This document shows, piece after piece, positions 31,001-39,863 of a DNA stretch of 64,000 nt. The stretch covers positions 22,683-86,682 of IMG/VR virus record IMGVR_UViG_3300036770_002019; one strand, written 5' to 3'. Each line of letters opens with the position of its first letter. Position 1 is the first letter of the stretch. Origin of the DNA: an uncultured virus (IMG/VR IMGVR_UViG_3300036770_002019). Lineage: Duplodnaviria > Heunggongvirae > Uroviricota > Caudoviricetes > Crassvirales. Made by a program: the position numbers and the translations under genes. A model generated the notes under the pieces. It made no database searches and was not told where the DNA came from. It was given only the letters and a program-made list of their open reading frames with translations.

Positions 31001-32719
31001 TTATCTGCCGCAGTAGATGCTGCTAAAAAACCTTATCAGTATACACTTAATGATAGAACTTTTACTTACCCTATAGAAGCTTATTGGATGGCCTTCTCTG
31101 GGGATACAAAAGCGCTGCATGATTTCTTGAATGTCCCAATCATAAGACAGTTTACTGATTTGTTTTATACAAAGTATGGAGCCAAACCTATACTAATGGA
31201 GAATGCACTATTAGATGTTATCCCTAAAATGTATAAAGACAGCTTGAAAGAAGATAGGTTACGTCCAGCTACCTCAATGACAAGAGAAGAACTTGCAAAC
31301 CCACAAGATCTTCCTCCTGCTAGACAGTACGAGCTGCTATTAAACATGTTAAAGTTTAGAGAGGCTGGTAGATCTATGACTCAAATGTTTAAGGTTATTG
31401 CCCCAGATTCTATGGATGGTATGAACAGCATAGATTCTATTAAATCATACAGAAGTAGACAGAATCAGTTTAACCCTAACATTACAAGCCCAGAAAATCA
31501 AATCTTCATAAACCCAAATGCTCCTTTAGAGCCTGTAGTAGATCAATTTATAGGACAAGTAAGTGTATATGGAATGCAGAGAGGGTTTTCTAATCTCTTT
31601 TTGGATATTGCAGATATGGCTGCTAAGATATTCCCCATGACTGTATCCCCAGCTATGGATAATCTGGACATGAGAATAATGGATTTAACTGGGAATACAC
31701 AATTAAATCCTGAAGCGCATAGAGATATTAGAAGAGCAGCTATGCTAAGTGTATTTGCTCAAGAAGAATCCCCATTAAGAGAATTCTTCAGTGATACGCA
31801 CCTAAAACTAAACTATCTAAACAAGGATAGTAACTTGGTTACAAAGCTCAGGGACTTGAAAGTAAAGTATCCTAAACTTGCAGAAAACTTGTTTATTAGA
31901 AAGTTTGTGGAGAACAATGATAATGACCTCCCAGAAACTAAAGTGTTCTTGTTAGATTTCGATACATCTTATCAAATGACTAGGTTTGAAAAAGATGCAG
32001 TAACTTTAGCAGCATACAGATTACTTAAACGACCAGAAGAAGTTGTTGGGAAAGATGCTTCGATAGAAGATAGACAATCTATAATAAACTTAGCTGAAGA
32101 TCTGTTGATGAACACATTAATAGTTCATGGGTTTAAACAAACGACTGGTTCATACCAAGATCTTATACCTGTAACATTCTTTACAGATAATAGGTTTGCA
32201 CGTTACAACAATCCTGGGGAAAGACTTGGATCCCCAGTTAAATACTTTAGACAGCAGATGACTTCTATGTATACCATAGATACTTTTGATAACTTTGCAG
32301 TAGATTTTATACGCCAAAGCTTTCAAACGTCTCCTGGTGGATACACATTAGTCCAAGGTATACGAAAGAAAGCAACACCTAATGAAATCGTTTTAAGTGA
32401 TAAAGACAAGATTAGAATGTACAGAAATGGGTACCCAATTCCTTTTATTACAGTGACAAACTCTACAACTAACGAAACATTCTTGTACGCATCTGGTCAT
32501 ATTTTAACTTCAGGAACTGTAGAAGGAAAGTATGTAAAAGTTAATCCTTTAGGGGTAGACAGTAAATTAATAGAAGCAACAAACCCTGATAAGTCTGTAA
32601 TCAATGAACAAGGATTACCACTATCATCTATTGTTATGACTTCTACAACTACAGGAATTTCAACTAATGCAGGCTCAATAGCCTCTACAGAGAACCAACA
32701 ATCTATAATCTGCAAATAA
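25085..32719 (+). CDS. Virion RNA polymerase (crAss-like, phi14:2 gp66-type) with inserted NADAR domain
   Basis: TDAQG, GYRIPNQG, catalytic GSDFDIDK (DFDID at 29360-29374) and SAAVDAAK motifs. Confidence 0.92.
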   Translation: MATCPNRNLKAWKDLEAVQGESIALAIWDRFDGRPPEFFYSTPLKEGTVITKGFDVQTRFTEEQNNAILDSIIYMLMEQKKQEGFKIEEQIGNKSTKGSIPNFFLQQAYENENGTAVSLEVAESIWGKEQAYETAVRENLPEETQNALYDEWVNAMEESDVYESEHPAREAFLDIYEFWNGGIITTGKTENEVKSDIALGNIDIVGWRELLSNRIKEFGYSISNVEQEVEFASDEDILERIYSKASMEEDPSKKLSGRMKELLATIPNRQLNFLGLASYLPADQIYKELATTFAGLQNFPEMLAQVETLALHKPQYEAVSEFMKGLNKKDAAAFSRIFAQSANEFLLIRVEAKTPAGDVVRIFNPNENRIERSIATTWKNGAVESNIAKPKAIYKVTEEGLEIDQNKAKAIAENWLLVRRGIAGVDSVSSTQGEISKPVQALTDMLWNMGIYLGDPEIKQETANNLQQVVNTGIFVVEKGRRQKLTGRAAYNYIANKEGKSLARLVSQFVVLSPDGTKVEKTLRTVSTTMYESQGSTVRHLASFAPLFFEMRGDSFVNGKGKQIYPINLRHHLGQVFETLGSSTEDKTKMMDMYREDKFFAPVEGKNEFDSILFRLLQSPEFTNEFRAFDLDALKDVTIPDGTVDYENFSNTDSLRTRLIAYINSGNRSTGLIAIPIQSDRKKFTFFPFVRTKNLAGTRKGTFGITGMTKNDIILGLIVQDMMRIAHGRGILSNQVTEDGLPNPPKDLPETYKKNLSSPKSMQFDGTLVGSEGNIPIVTDARLESKTGEYFISDYIEEFLTDPEELRDIEPEVFNEIQTKINVMVERANEYFLNQAKILDTKIKEQGITLPTEAREFGDRMSLLENYVFDEFLGRNEISKILRGSRAHVKDIQTFYKRVGHATTPGMEVALASDLAINGLQEVDGISNYGMPDTFIEATFNDIKLNLDEEMRTRAIERAEAIRDGLIEAGYDADFAQSMAEEYMPNEVEGTDAQGLISIDFYRDLMQGKGEWTINEEKAYDAYKQAPEGSKQFVYQTGFTPQGFKPGDAVPFYPQKPYYEYNELVGGVVTTDSHKNSYHLLLEGETKSNPVKDNLRRRMEAVGEYAGLQRIGVANFVTAKKIKINKVNTLTDKVGGLSNVGTNTVNSRGLRFPQEIPKKKASTTMFNRQVRKNTISNIDPNHTYTLNAGLDTEIKISGQEMLDMYHAAIERKIELEFKQVEKELGVDKIQKALAKQDVEEYNAALTSFLRKLRDKIKDNNIERDLPTNYDAGLRIELDEAGRPQYQIPLDFPIYFEKYERVLLGMAVNAAFKQKVPGMEAVQVAEIGGYAESGELNFYEIQKDKSGTPRVVHMEVMIREDIARKFGLEPGQDLDSLPEELRRIIGYRIPNQGKSSTVIMKIKRILPANYAKAVIVPAQLTKLTGSDFDIDKMFLMFPEVRQTDAGPVKVRPPYEGILGKAVQPVAESINIYAGDNQNADLSNFAIRPFVVQGVEYKSVEQYFQSKKFEIAEVLEFDTQEAADKVFAIADKIMETSSGAQLKRLGNTRIPGVTFNEESWNVYGEEAMYVGIYESFNQNPEARKRLLQTGNAELTHKQDKSKWGKKFPEILTRVREELKKEYPQDVPIKPTQPSQQDLSTPTAIKPGVEKLFDSNPELANQVYEALGFDNFTNQEKETLIAQLRNPLFDLVRGTELYNKYKGETIPYGYSENSWKLLISGITESKLDLNKILLGYKQRLLEEENTPIRETGIDEKTGLPKGFNPSTGAFEGGFGEISEKENAIKTSKNKINVLNKFIQQKQQALQLYSQYLDTGKQDIEGFKDFAKSPLQQDISIDKITDISILNNIILDVVEAVQANLLHVNESMAPLDESTLPRLVADIEAKFPELQAPLEFASVDIETEMGIRNTIGRAMRGLWANFIAGHAVAAFGDIVVNANYELNLDGKAYPKLIGVAGQEVAEFDRGVPINMIGSRYLSAAVDAAKKPYQYTLNDRTFTYPIEAYWMAFSGDTKALHDFLNVPIIRQFTDLFYTKYGAKPILMENALLDVIPKMYKDSLKEDRLRPATSMTREELANPQDLPPARQYELLLNMLKFREAGRSMTQMFKVIAPDSMDGMNSIDSIKSYRSRQNQFNPNITSPENQIFINPNAPLEPVVDQFIGQVSVYGMQRGFSNLFLDIADMAAKIFPMTVSPAMDNLDMRIMDLTGNTQLNPEAHRDIRRAAMLSVFAQEESPLREFFSDTHLKLNYLNKDSNLVTKLRDLKVKYPKLAENLFIRKFVENNDNDLPETKVFLLDFDTSYQMTRFEKDAVTLAAYRLLKRPEEVVGKDASIEDRQSIINLAEDLLMNTLIVHGFKQTTGSYQDLIPVTFFTDNRFARYNNPGERLGSPVKYFRQQMTSMYTIDTFDNFAVDFIRQSFQTSPGGYTLVQGIRKKATPNEIVLSDKDKIRMYRNGYPIPFITVTNSTTNETFLYASGHILTSGTVEGKYVKVNPLGVDSKLIEATNPDKSVINEQGLPLSSIVMTSTTTGISTNAGSIASTENQQSIICK
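29483..29940 (+). other. NADAR (YbiA-like) domain embedded in the RNAP
   Basis: LSNF...SVEQYFQSKKF...W...M...F.QNPE...LLQTG..L.H..D..WG...IL..VREEL. Confidence 0.85.
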
Positions 32720-35700
32720 TGAGCTGCGAATATAAAATAAACGGGAAAACAGACCCAACCCATACAGAGTTATTCAACTATGTTGCGAATAACAGAGAGA
32801 GATCTGCAGACGAAGTATACAGAATACTGAGAGAAGCAGGCATAGCAATTAAAAAAAATGATGCTGGAGGGAATCCTCGTATGTACTTAGTTATGGGTAC
32901 AGATAGCTCTGTTAGCTACAAACGAGCTCAAGACATAAATTTAGGAGCTAGATTATTTTTTGGAGTGCCTCAAAACGAAAGACTTTTAGAGTACACTAAT
33001 CTAGGTACTAGAAGTAACAAATTTACTGGGGTAAATACTCTGTTTGGGTTGAGGATTAATGAGTCCGTTTTAAAAAATATGGAGTCACCTCAACAGCAGT
33101 ATGAAAATATTGCAGAGATACTTGAAGAGGAGGCTAGAAGAGTTATCTTAGACACTCCATCCCCATTTAGGGATGATTATTTATTATCGGAGGCTGCTCT
33201 TCAAGCTAATAATTCTGAAAGATCTAAGTTTTCTAAGATGGCTCAAAATAGTGTAGATAACACTGTTAAGCAAATTACAAAACTAAAACAGGCATTTAAG
33301 AATGCTGGTATTGATGTAGAGGTAAGATTAGATGGGGATATCGAAGAAAAGGGGGTTTTACTTCCAGTAAGTGAAGACAACCCAAATCCAGTAATACTTC
33401 TTAACCCAAACGAAATTACAGAAGATACTGTATACCATGAGTTTGCTCACTTGTTCATAGATTTATTGGGGTATAATCACCCACTTGTACAACAAGCTAT
33501 GGAAGAGCTTAGAGGTAGTGAACTTTACCAAGAAGTATTAGAGTACTACCCCGAGCTGGAAGGAGATACTGAAAGATTAGATAAAGAAGTACTTGCAACA
33601 GCAATAGGATTAGAAGGGGCACGAATGGAGAAGAAGGCCCCTAACAAATTACAATCCATTATAAATAGAATATTCAGAGCTATAGGAAAGTTACTTGGGG
33701 TATCTCAAAACGCAGTTTCTCAGTTAGCTGTAAATATGATTGTGAATGAAATAGATGTTACTCAATTTAGAGGGGCACTATCTTCATATGCTCAAATGAG
33801 TAAAGCTGAACGCAATGTAAAAAACATTGTAGAAACTCTTAGGGAGAAAACAGAAACAGCTATTCTACAATTAGAGTCTCTCCCATTTAAAAACGAAGCC
33901 GCTATTAACGAACTCAAACTCCAGCAATCTAAACTAGAGACGGTTACAGAAGTAGAGGGTTTGATTGACTTTGTTAACTACACAACTAGATTAGCTGCTA
34001 GAGCTGAAACAACTTTTGAAAACATCTTAACTGAGTATTCTCCTAATCCTGCACTAATTACTGGGGAAAAAAGATTACAAATGCTGCAACAATTGCATCA
34101 AGTACATCAATGGTTGCAGGCATTTCACAATAACACTAGCAAAAATGGGTCTACACTTACAGCTATCAAGTTAGAGCTACGTAAAAAAACAGATGCTGTA
34201 GAAGCTTCTGGTGGGAATATAGCAGAGCTAACAGCTTTTAAAACCAGACTGGCAGATGCTATTGATGTATTAGATGAGTTAGACGAAAAGTATGCTAAAG
34301 TGGGTATCCCAATTCTAGCAGATCTTCTATTAGAATATAACAAACCGCAGATCGACGATAAAATTAATGCAGCAATAGAAAAAGTCCGCACTACTGGTAG
34401 AGAATTTGGGTTGGAGAGAAAGACCCCTGAATTTAGAGAACTGCAAAGACAGCTTAAAGCAGGAGAAATAACTAAACAAGAGTTTGATGCTGCAAAGATT
34501 GAATTGAATATAAAACATCTACAAGCCCGTAAAATTGGGAGAGAAGCTATTATTCAAGAGCTTACTGAGAGTCAAAAGAATAAAAGCTGGTTATCATATA
34601 TGATGGATCCAGTTATATACTCATCTCAACCAGCTATACAGTTATTTGCAGGACACGTTAAAGCAGCACTATACAGAGCTGCAGATAAGTTTAGAGAAAC
34701 TAAATATGAACTCAGAGACATCTACAGAGAGTATGCAGAGTCAAGACCTGGGACGGAATTTGACGATGCAGCTTTCAACGAACCTGTTCTTGAAACTTAC
34801 ACATATGAAGTTATAGATTGGGAGGAAACTAAGAAGACTGGGGAACATGTAACTAAGAGAATGAATCTTTTAAGTTTTGTTCAACCTTATGATGTTGGGA
34901 AGTATTACCAGGCAGAAACAGATGCAATTACATCTTTAGCTAAAAAATATAATCGACCTACAGACCCAGACGAATTAAAAGCTTGGACTAAATCTAAAAA
35001 AGCAACTCAATATTATGCTGAGCTTTCGCAATGGTATGCAGAAAACTCTGTAATGGCAGAAGATGCTCAAGAGAGATATGATACTTTAATAAGTAAAAGA
35101 AAAGCTCTCCAAGTAGAATTAGAACAAGCTTTACAGGTAGGGAATTCTAATAAAGTTGGGTTGTTAGAAGCAGAGATAGCTTCTTTATCTACTCAAATTG
35201 GGGCAGCATATGACTTTAGAGCTAAACAATTTAAAGGTTCATTCGCTCGACCAAATGATAAGTACAGATCTGAAAAGTACGAAAAGCTTGTAAAAGATAA
35301 ATCGTCTGTAGAATATAGATACTATCAAGCGTTATTAAATGAGTACAAGAAATCTCAAAAGAAATTAGGACGTACAAACCAAGTTAGAAATAGTTGGAAT
35401 GACTTTTCTTACATACTCCCAACAGTTAGAAAATCTACCCTTAATAAAACAATAGAGGGGGCAAGTTCTATAGATGTATCTCAAGTTGTATCTGCAGGTA
35501 AAGATATGATTAAAGATACGTATGAAATCCTGGAAACAGATACTGACTACGGGGTACTTGTAGGATTAAATGGGGAAAGATTACAAACTGTACCTGTATT
35601 CTTTACAAACCCTGTAGATGAAAAAGATGTAAGTAGGGATGCTCTTGGGAGCATACTTAAGTTTACACATATGTCCAACATGTTTGAAGAAAAATCTAAG

Positions 35701-37284
35701 ATACTTGGGTCTGTAGAAATGATGAGAAGTGTTATTGAACAGCGAGGAACTTTAGAGCAAGATGAATCAGGTAACCCAGCGTTTAATAAAGTTACAGCCA
35801 GACTTAAAAATATGGCCAAGCGTGCTGTAACACAAGACCCTAAAAAAGACCCAGATAATCAATTTAGACATTTAAGTGAATTCATAGACTCTGTATTCTA
35901 TGGGGAAAAAGATCTTAAAAATCAATTAAATGCATCAATAAGATTATTTGGGAAAGAGATAGACATATCTGGGAATAAACTTTCTCAAACAGCAACAACT
36001 CTAACTGCAGCTACGTCATTGATTGGGAACAAGCTGCAAGCAGTTAACCAGATAATAATGGATAATGAACGTTTGATTGAAGAAGGGATTGCAGGAGAGT
36101 ACTTTGGGAAATTAGATTTAGCTTGGGCAAAAGGAGAGTACTATAAAAATCTACTGACTTTAAAGACAGTAAAAGATGCAGGTAGTTTTGCTAAGGATAA
36201 TAAAATGCTTCAAGCTGCAGAGCTATTAGATGCATTATCTGATTTAATAGACAGCAATGGGGATAGAGTTACAGGAGCTCGTCTTAAAAAGTATCTGTCC
36301 TTTGATACAGGATTCTTTATGCAGAACATGGCAGAACATGAAACTGCTTTAACACGAATGCTTGCTGTAGCTAGAGGATACAAAGGAAAGCTAAAAGATG
36401 CTGCAGGTAATGTAATATTGAACGAAAAGAACGAACCTGCAGATTTATACGACCTGCTTGTAAAAGATAAAAAAGGAATGTTAACTCTGGACCCAAGAGT
36501 AGCTAATATTACTTTGTACGATGTAAGGAGTACATTAGCAGGATTACAAAAGAAATCCAATCAGCTTAAAGGATCAGTAGATAGGTCTATGGCTGAAAGA
36601 AGAGCTGCAGGAAAGATGGTTACTTTGTTTAGAAGATTCTTAGCCCCAGGTTTTAGAAGACATTGGGGTCATGGAGGGTTAGCTAACGTAGCTTTCTTAC
36701 ATGTAGATACAGAAACAGGAATGCTGTCTGAAGGAGCGTATTGGACTACATTCAAATACATTCGAGATCAAGTACAAAGTATAGCTACAAAACAACCAGC
36801 TAATGTTTGGAATTTATTAACTGCAGATGAAAAAGCTAACGTACGTAGAACTGCTGCACAATCTACATTCTTTTTAAGTTCTATGATTTTAAGTGGATTG
36901 TTAATGGGGGCAGCAGCAGATGAGGACGATGAGGAAAAAGCTGCTCAATACATTTTCTGGGCGTACCAAGCTAGAAGACTGCAGACTGAACTTGGGGCAT
37001 TCTTATCCCCAAAAGAAGTGTACAACATTACTAAATCCCCATCAGCTGCTTCTAGGCCTATAATGAATATATATGATCTAATGACACATATTGTTTTCAA
37101 AGAGATACCGTATGCTTTAGGTGCAGATGGATTAGAAAAAGATATTTTCTACCAACGCAAAAGCGGGGAATTTGAAAAAGGGGATAGAAAAGTAATTAAG
37201 AAGATCAGATCTGTTATCCCAGTATGGAGCGGGTTAAACAAAAACGCTGAAGAGGCTATTAAGTGGTTTGATCTTAATGGGTAA
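32719..37284 (+). CDS. Giant ejection protein with zincin-like metalloprotease domain
   Basis: VYHEFAH (HExxH) plus a downstream EVLA glutamate; C-terminal hydrophobic helix; typical third crAss-like cargo protein. Confidence 0.75.
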   Translation: MSCEYKINGKTDPTHTELFNYVANNRERSADEVYRILREAGIAIKKNDAGGNPRMYLVMGTDSSVSYKRAQDINLGARLFFGVPQNERLLEYTNLGTRSNKFTGVNTLFGLRINESVLKNMESPQQQYENIAEILEEEARRVILDTPSPFRDDYLLSEAALQANNSERSKFSKMAQNSVDNTVKQITKLKQAFKNAGIDVEVRLDGDIEEKGVLLPVSEDNPNPVILLNPNEITEDTVYHEFAHLFIDLLGYNHPLVQQAMEELRGSELYQEVLEYYPELEGDTERLDKEVLATAIGLEGARMEKKAPNKLQSIINRIFRAIGKLLGVSQNAVSQLAVNMIVNEIDVTQFRGALSSYAQMSKAERNVKNIVETLREKTETAILQLESLPFKNEAAINELKLQQSKLETVTEVEGLIDFVNYTTRLAARAETTFENILTEYSPNPALITGEKRLQMLQQLHQVHQWLQAFHNNTSKNGSTLTAIKLELRKKTDAVEASGGNIAELTAFKTRLADAIDVLDELDEKYAKVGIPILADLLLEYNKPQIDDKINAAIEKVRTTGREFGLERKTPEFRELQRQLKAGEITKQEFDAAKIELNIKHLQARKIGREAIIQELTESQKNKSWLSYMMDPVIYSSQPAIQLFAGHVKAALYRAADKFRETKYELRDIYREYAESRPGTEFDDAAFNEPVLETYTYEVIDWEETKKTGEHVTKRMNLLSFVQPYDVGKYYQAETDAITSLAKKYNRPTDPDELKAWTKSKKATQYYAELSQWYAENSVMAEDAQERYDTLISKRKALQVELEQALQVGNSNKVGLLEAEIASLSTQIGAAYDFRAKQFKGSFARPNDKYRSEKYEKLVKDKSSVEYRYYQALLNEYKKSQKKLGRTNQVRNSWNDFSYILPTVRKSTLNKTIEGASSIDVSQVVSAGKDMIKDTYEILETDTDYGVLVGLNGERLQTVPVFFTNPVDEKDVSRDALGSILKFTHMSNMFEEKSKILGSVEMMRSVIEQRGTLEQDESGNPAFNKVTARLKNMAKRAVTQDPKKDPDNQFRHLSEFIDSVFYGEKDLKNQLNASIRLFGKEIDISGNKLSQTATTLTAATSLIGNKLQAVNQIIMDNERLIEEGIAGEYFGKLDLAWAKGEYYKNLLTLKTVKDAGSFAKDNKMLQAAELLDALSDLIDSNGDRVTGARLKKYLSFDTGFFMQNMAEHETALTRMLAVARGYKGKLKDAAGNVILNEKNEPADLYDLLVKDKKGMLTLDPRVANITLYDVRSTLAGLQKKSNQLKGSVDRSMAERRAAGKMVTLFRRFLAPGFRRHWGHGGLANVAFLHVDTETGMLSEGAYWTTFKYIRDQVQSIATKQPANVWNLLTADEKANVRRTAAQSTFFLSSMILSGLLMGAAADEDDEEKAAQYIFWAYQARRLQTELGAFLSPKEVYNITKSPSAASRPIMNIYDLMTHIVFKEIPYALGADGLEKDIFYQRKSGEFEKGDRKVIKKIRSVIPVWSGLNKNAEEAIKWFDLNG

Positions 37285-37327
37285 TTAAAAAAAAGAGAGG
37301 GGCTAACCTCTCTTTTCTTTTTTAATT
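37283..37327. terminator. Bidirectional intrinsic terminator at the convergence of the two modules
   Basis: AAAAGAGAGG-GGCTAA-CCTCTCTTTT hairpin with A and T tracts on both sides. Confidence 0.8.
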
Positions 37328-37638
37328 GCTACTACTAGCAGGGTTAGATACCCAAGAAGATCCATAACTGAGTCTTCAGTATTATCATCTACCCCCACAT
37401 TTCTAATGCGTGATAGTTTATCATCTATTCTAACTGCAATCGAATCCGATGCTTTTAGTTTAGAGAATATCCTAATCGGGGATAGAGCTGAATCTCCATA
37501 AGCTGTATTCTTAGTTTTAAGAAGTTCTTTAACTTCATCTAAAACTTTGATTGCTTCTATTATAGTTGGGTGTTCTATCTTCTGTACATTTGGTCTAAAT
37601 TCTGAAGGCTCTGAAGAGCTCCAAACTGTGTCAGTCAT
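37303..37638 (-). CDS. DUF1599/Nmad1-like nucleotide-modification-associated protein
   Basis: KNTAYGDSA...VRIDDKLSRI...EDSVMDLLGYL. Confidence 0.75.
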   Translation of the reverse strand: MTDTVWSSSEPSEFRPNVQKIEHPTIIEAIKVLDEVKELLKTKNTAYGDSALSPIRIFSKLKASDSIAVRIDDKLSRIRNVGVDDNTEDSVMDLLGYLTLLVVAIKKEKRG

Positions 37639-38335
37639 TGTATAATTGTATTTGTTCGCTATCTGTTAATTGTGTAGGTAAAGTAAACCAATTTATTTTA
37701 GACTCAAGCATTTCATCAATTTTAACGAAGTGCCCATTCCCAAAAAACCCAGCTCTCCCAAAATTATACATTTCTGCAGCTGGGTGAGCTGATATCAGTA
37801 CCTTATCTTCAGGGATGTACTTTTTATACTTCTCAGCATGTTTACCCCAAAGGACAAAAATAGTGTTAGGTTTATGTTTTACAATATGCTTGATTACATT
37901 AGTTGTAAAAAATGTCCATAAATGAGAATGACTCCCAGGAGTATCTTTTACAACACTTAAAGCTGTATTAAAAAGAAGTACCCCTTGTTTACCCCAATGT
38001 GTCAAAGAGTAATCAAATTCATCTGGGGTGTAGTTATATTGAGCGTTTAACTCTCTTGTGATAACTTTAAGACTAGGGGGTATTGGGGTAGATTTAACCC
38101 CAAATGATACCCCAATAGCTTGTCCATTATGATAAGGATCTTGCCCAAGTATAACTACTTTAACTTCTGACAGTTGGCATAATTCAAAAGCTTTGAATGT
38201 ATCTGCCCCATCAGGGTATACCTTAGAAGTTAATTTATCTTTTTTTATTGTATCTTGAAGAGTTTGAAACTCTTTTGAAGAAAATAGGGGGGACATTACA
38301 TCCCCCCAATCTCCTAACTTATCTTTCCAAGTCAT
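37631..38335 (-). CDS. ung: Uracil-DNA glycosylase, family 1
   Basis: VVILGQDPYH, PPSL, QGVLLFN, LWG, HP motifs. Confidence 0.92.
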   Translation of the reverse strand: MTWKDKLGDWGDVMSPLFSSKEFQTLQDTIKKDKLTSKVYPDGADTFKAFELCQLSEVKVVILGQDPYHNGQAIGVSFGVKSTPIPPSLKVITRELNAQYNYTPDEFDYSLTHWGKQGVLLFNTALSVVKDTPGSHSHLWTFFTTNVIKHIVKHKPNTIFVLWGKHAEKYKKYIPEDKVLISAHPAAEMYNFGRAGFFGNGHFVKIDEMLESKINWFTLPTQLTDSEQIQLYND

Positions 38336-39084
38336 GGTAAATAATATTCAGGGTTAAATACTTCATCTTCTATAGTAATTCTACTATGTAGTTCACTGTT
38401 ATGATCAAGTTCGATATCTAGTTTAGCTTCAAGTTCCTTTCTTAATGATTCGGTTTGAAACAATACCTTCCCAGTATACCCATCTATATCAAATCCATGA
38501 AATTCAAGTATCTTCAACTTCCATATATCATCAATCTGCGAATACCTCCCTTTAATAAAATGCTCATACGATTTGATAGCTGAATCTGGGATATTGAATA
38601 CAAACAGTACATGATAGGGGTCAGGGTCAATTTTATGCCTAAAAGATATGAAAGAGCACAGCGCTTCTTCGAACTTTAGAAACAACTGCTCCCCTGAAAA
38701 TCTGTACAGTAAGGCAATAGTCCTCCCAGCATCCTCTATAGCACTCCCAATAAAACAGTTTATAAATAAACTATCCCACATGAATAAATTTCTATTCCCA
38801 CCCAAGAAAGGGAATATAAATATACTAGAGTTGGTGGTTTTAGCTGTTAATAAATCATACCCAACCAACTTACCATTTACAATAGCTGGGTAAATATGAT
38901 TAAACTTAAATGGGTACTTTAATTTTGGGGTTAAAACATCACCAACTTGTAACACCAAATCATCATTATGTAACTTAATAATATTTCCTTCTGTATCTGT
39001 GTCCCTGTTTAAATTCAGTACCCCACCAGAAAGTCTTACAATTCTGGCGTTTTTTACAGTAAAAGAAAATTTAGAAGTTACCAT
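38332..39084 (-). CDS. Hypothetical protein
   Basis: 250-aa ORF coupled within the replication module. Confidence 0.6.
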   Translation of the reverse strand: MVTSKFSFTVKNARIVRLSGGVLNLNRDTDTEGNIIKLHNDDLVLQVGDVLTPKLKYPFKFNHIYPAIVNGKLVGYDLLTAKTTNSSIFIFPFLGGNRNLFMWDSLFINCFIGSAIEDAGRTIALLYRFSGEQLFLKFEEALCSFISFRHKIDPDPYHVLFVFNIPDSAIKSYEHFIKGRYSQIDDIWKLKILEFHGFDIDGYTGKVLFQTESLRKELEAKLDIELDHNSELHSRITIEDEVFNPEYYLP

Positions 39085-39863
39085 TCATCATCAGATTGAG
39101 TGTTGTTTGAAATTGTTTCTATGTTATGTACTACAAGTTCAGGAATAATATTACTCCCAAACTCCCTAATAACATCCTGTGGTGTTTTTAAGAGGTACAC
39201 TAATCTAAAAGTCTGATTGAATTTAAAGATTCCTTCAGTCATACCAAACTGCTCCACATACTTTTTAATAGTAAATGCTTCAAAATCCTTTGTTCTGTCC
39301 TTTAACCAATTTTCTGCTGTCTTCTCCCCTACTCCTCTTAATCCTGGTATGTTATCAGTAGAGTCCCCCATCAACACTTGTTTCCAAAGAAACCACAATG
39401 CTACGCCAGGGGAAGTATGTACAAATTCTGTTGTACGATAGTTGTAATGCATGCCAACACATTGATACAATACATCTTTATCTGGGGAACAAATGATAGT
39501 TTTACGTTCCGTATTATATGCATAATACGCAACTAAATCATCTGCCTCAAGTTCTGAAATGTATGTAAATCTCCAACGCTGTATTAAATATTCCACTAAA
39601 GCTGGGAATATAATAGGCCTTGAAGATCTGGAATCTTTACGTTTGGCTTTATACAAAGGGTCAACATTATATCTAAAACATTGACCTTTAGTAAGAAAAC
39701 CTGCAAAAGAAGAGGTGTTGCAACTGTTCAACATATGATAAATACGTTGATCAAGTCCAGCAACAGCCTCCTCTAATGTAGGTTTATCCATCTCGTAGTA
39801 CAACAGAGAATCCCCATCAATCAAACAAATATCATTACCTTTTGGGATTCTCTCTATACTCAT
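39078..39863 (-). CDS. 5'-3' exonuclease/RNase H (FEN-like)
   Basis: LIDGD, YKAKR, EADD, DKD and GDSTDNIPGLRGVGEKTA (H3TH) motifs. Confidence 0.9.
   Translation of the reverse strand: MSIERIPKGNDICLIDGDSLLYYEMDKPTLEEAVAGLDQRIYHMLNSCNTSSFAGFLTKGQCFRYNVDPLYKAKRKDSRSSRPIIFPALVEYLIQRWRFTYISELEADDLVAYYAYNTERKTIICSPDKDVLYQCVGMHYNYRTTEFVHTSPGVALWFLWKQVLMGDSTDNIPGLRGVGEKTAENWLKDRTKDFEAFTIKKYVEQFGMTEGIFKFNQTFRLVYLLKTPQDVIREFGSNIIPELVVHNIETISNNTQSDDEW

Noticed and set aside
976-36560. Many short - strand ORFs inside the structural genes (and + strand ORFs inside replication genes)
   Set aside because: They are fully nested antisense frames without recognisable motifs
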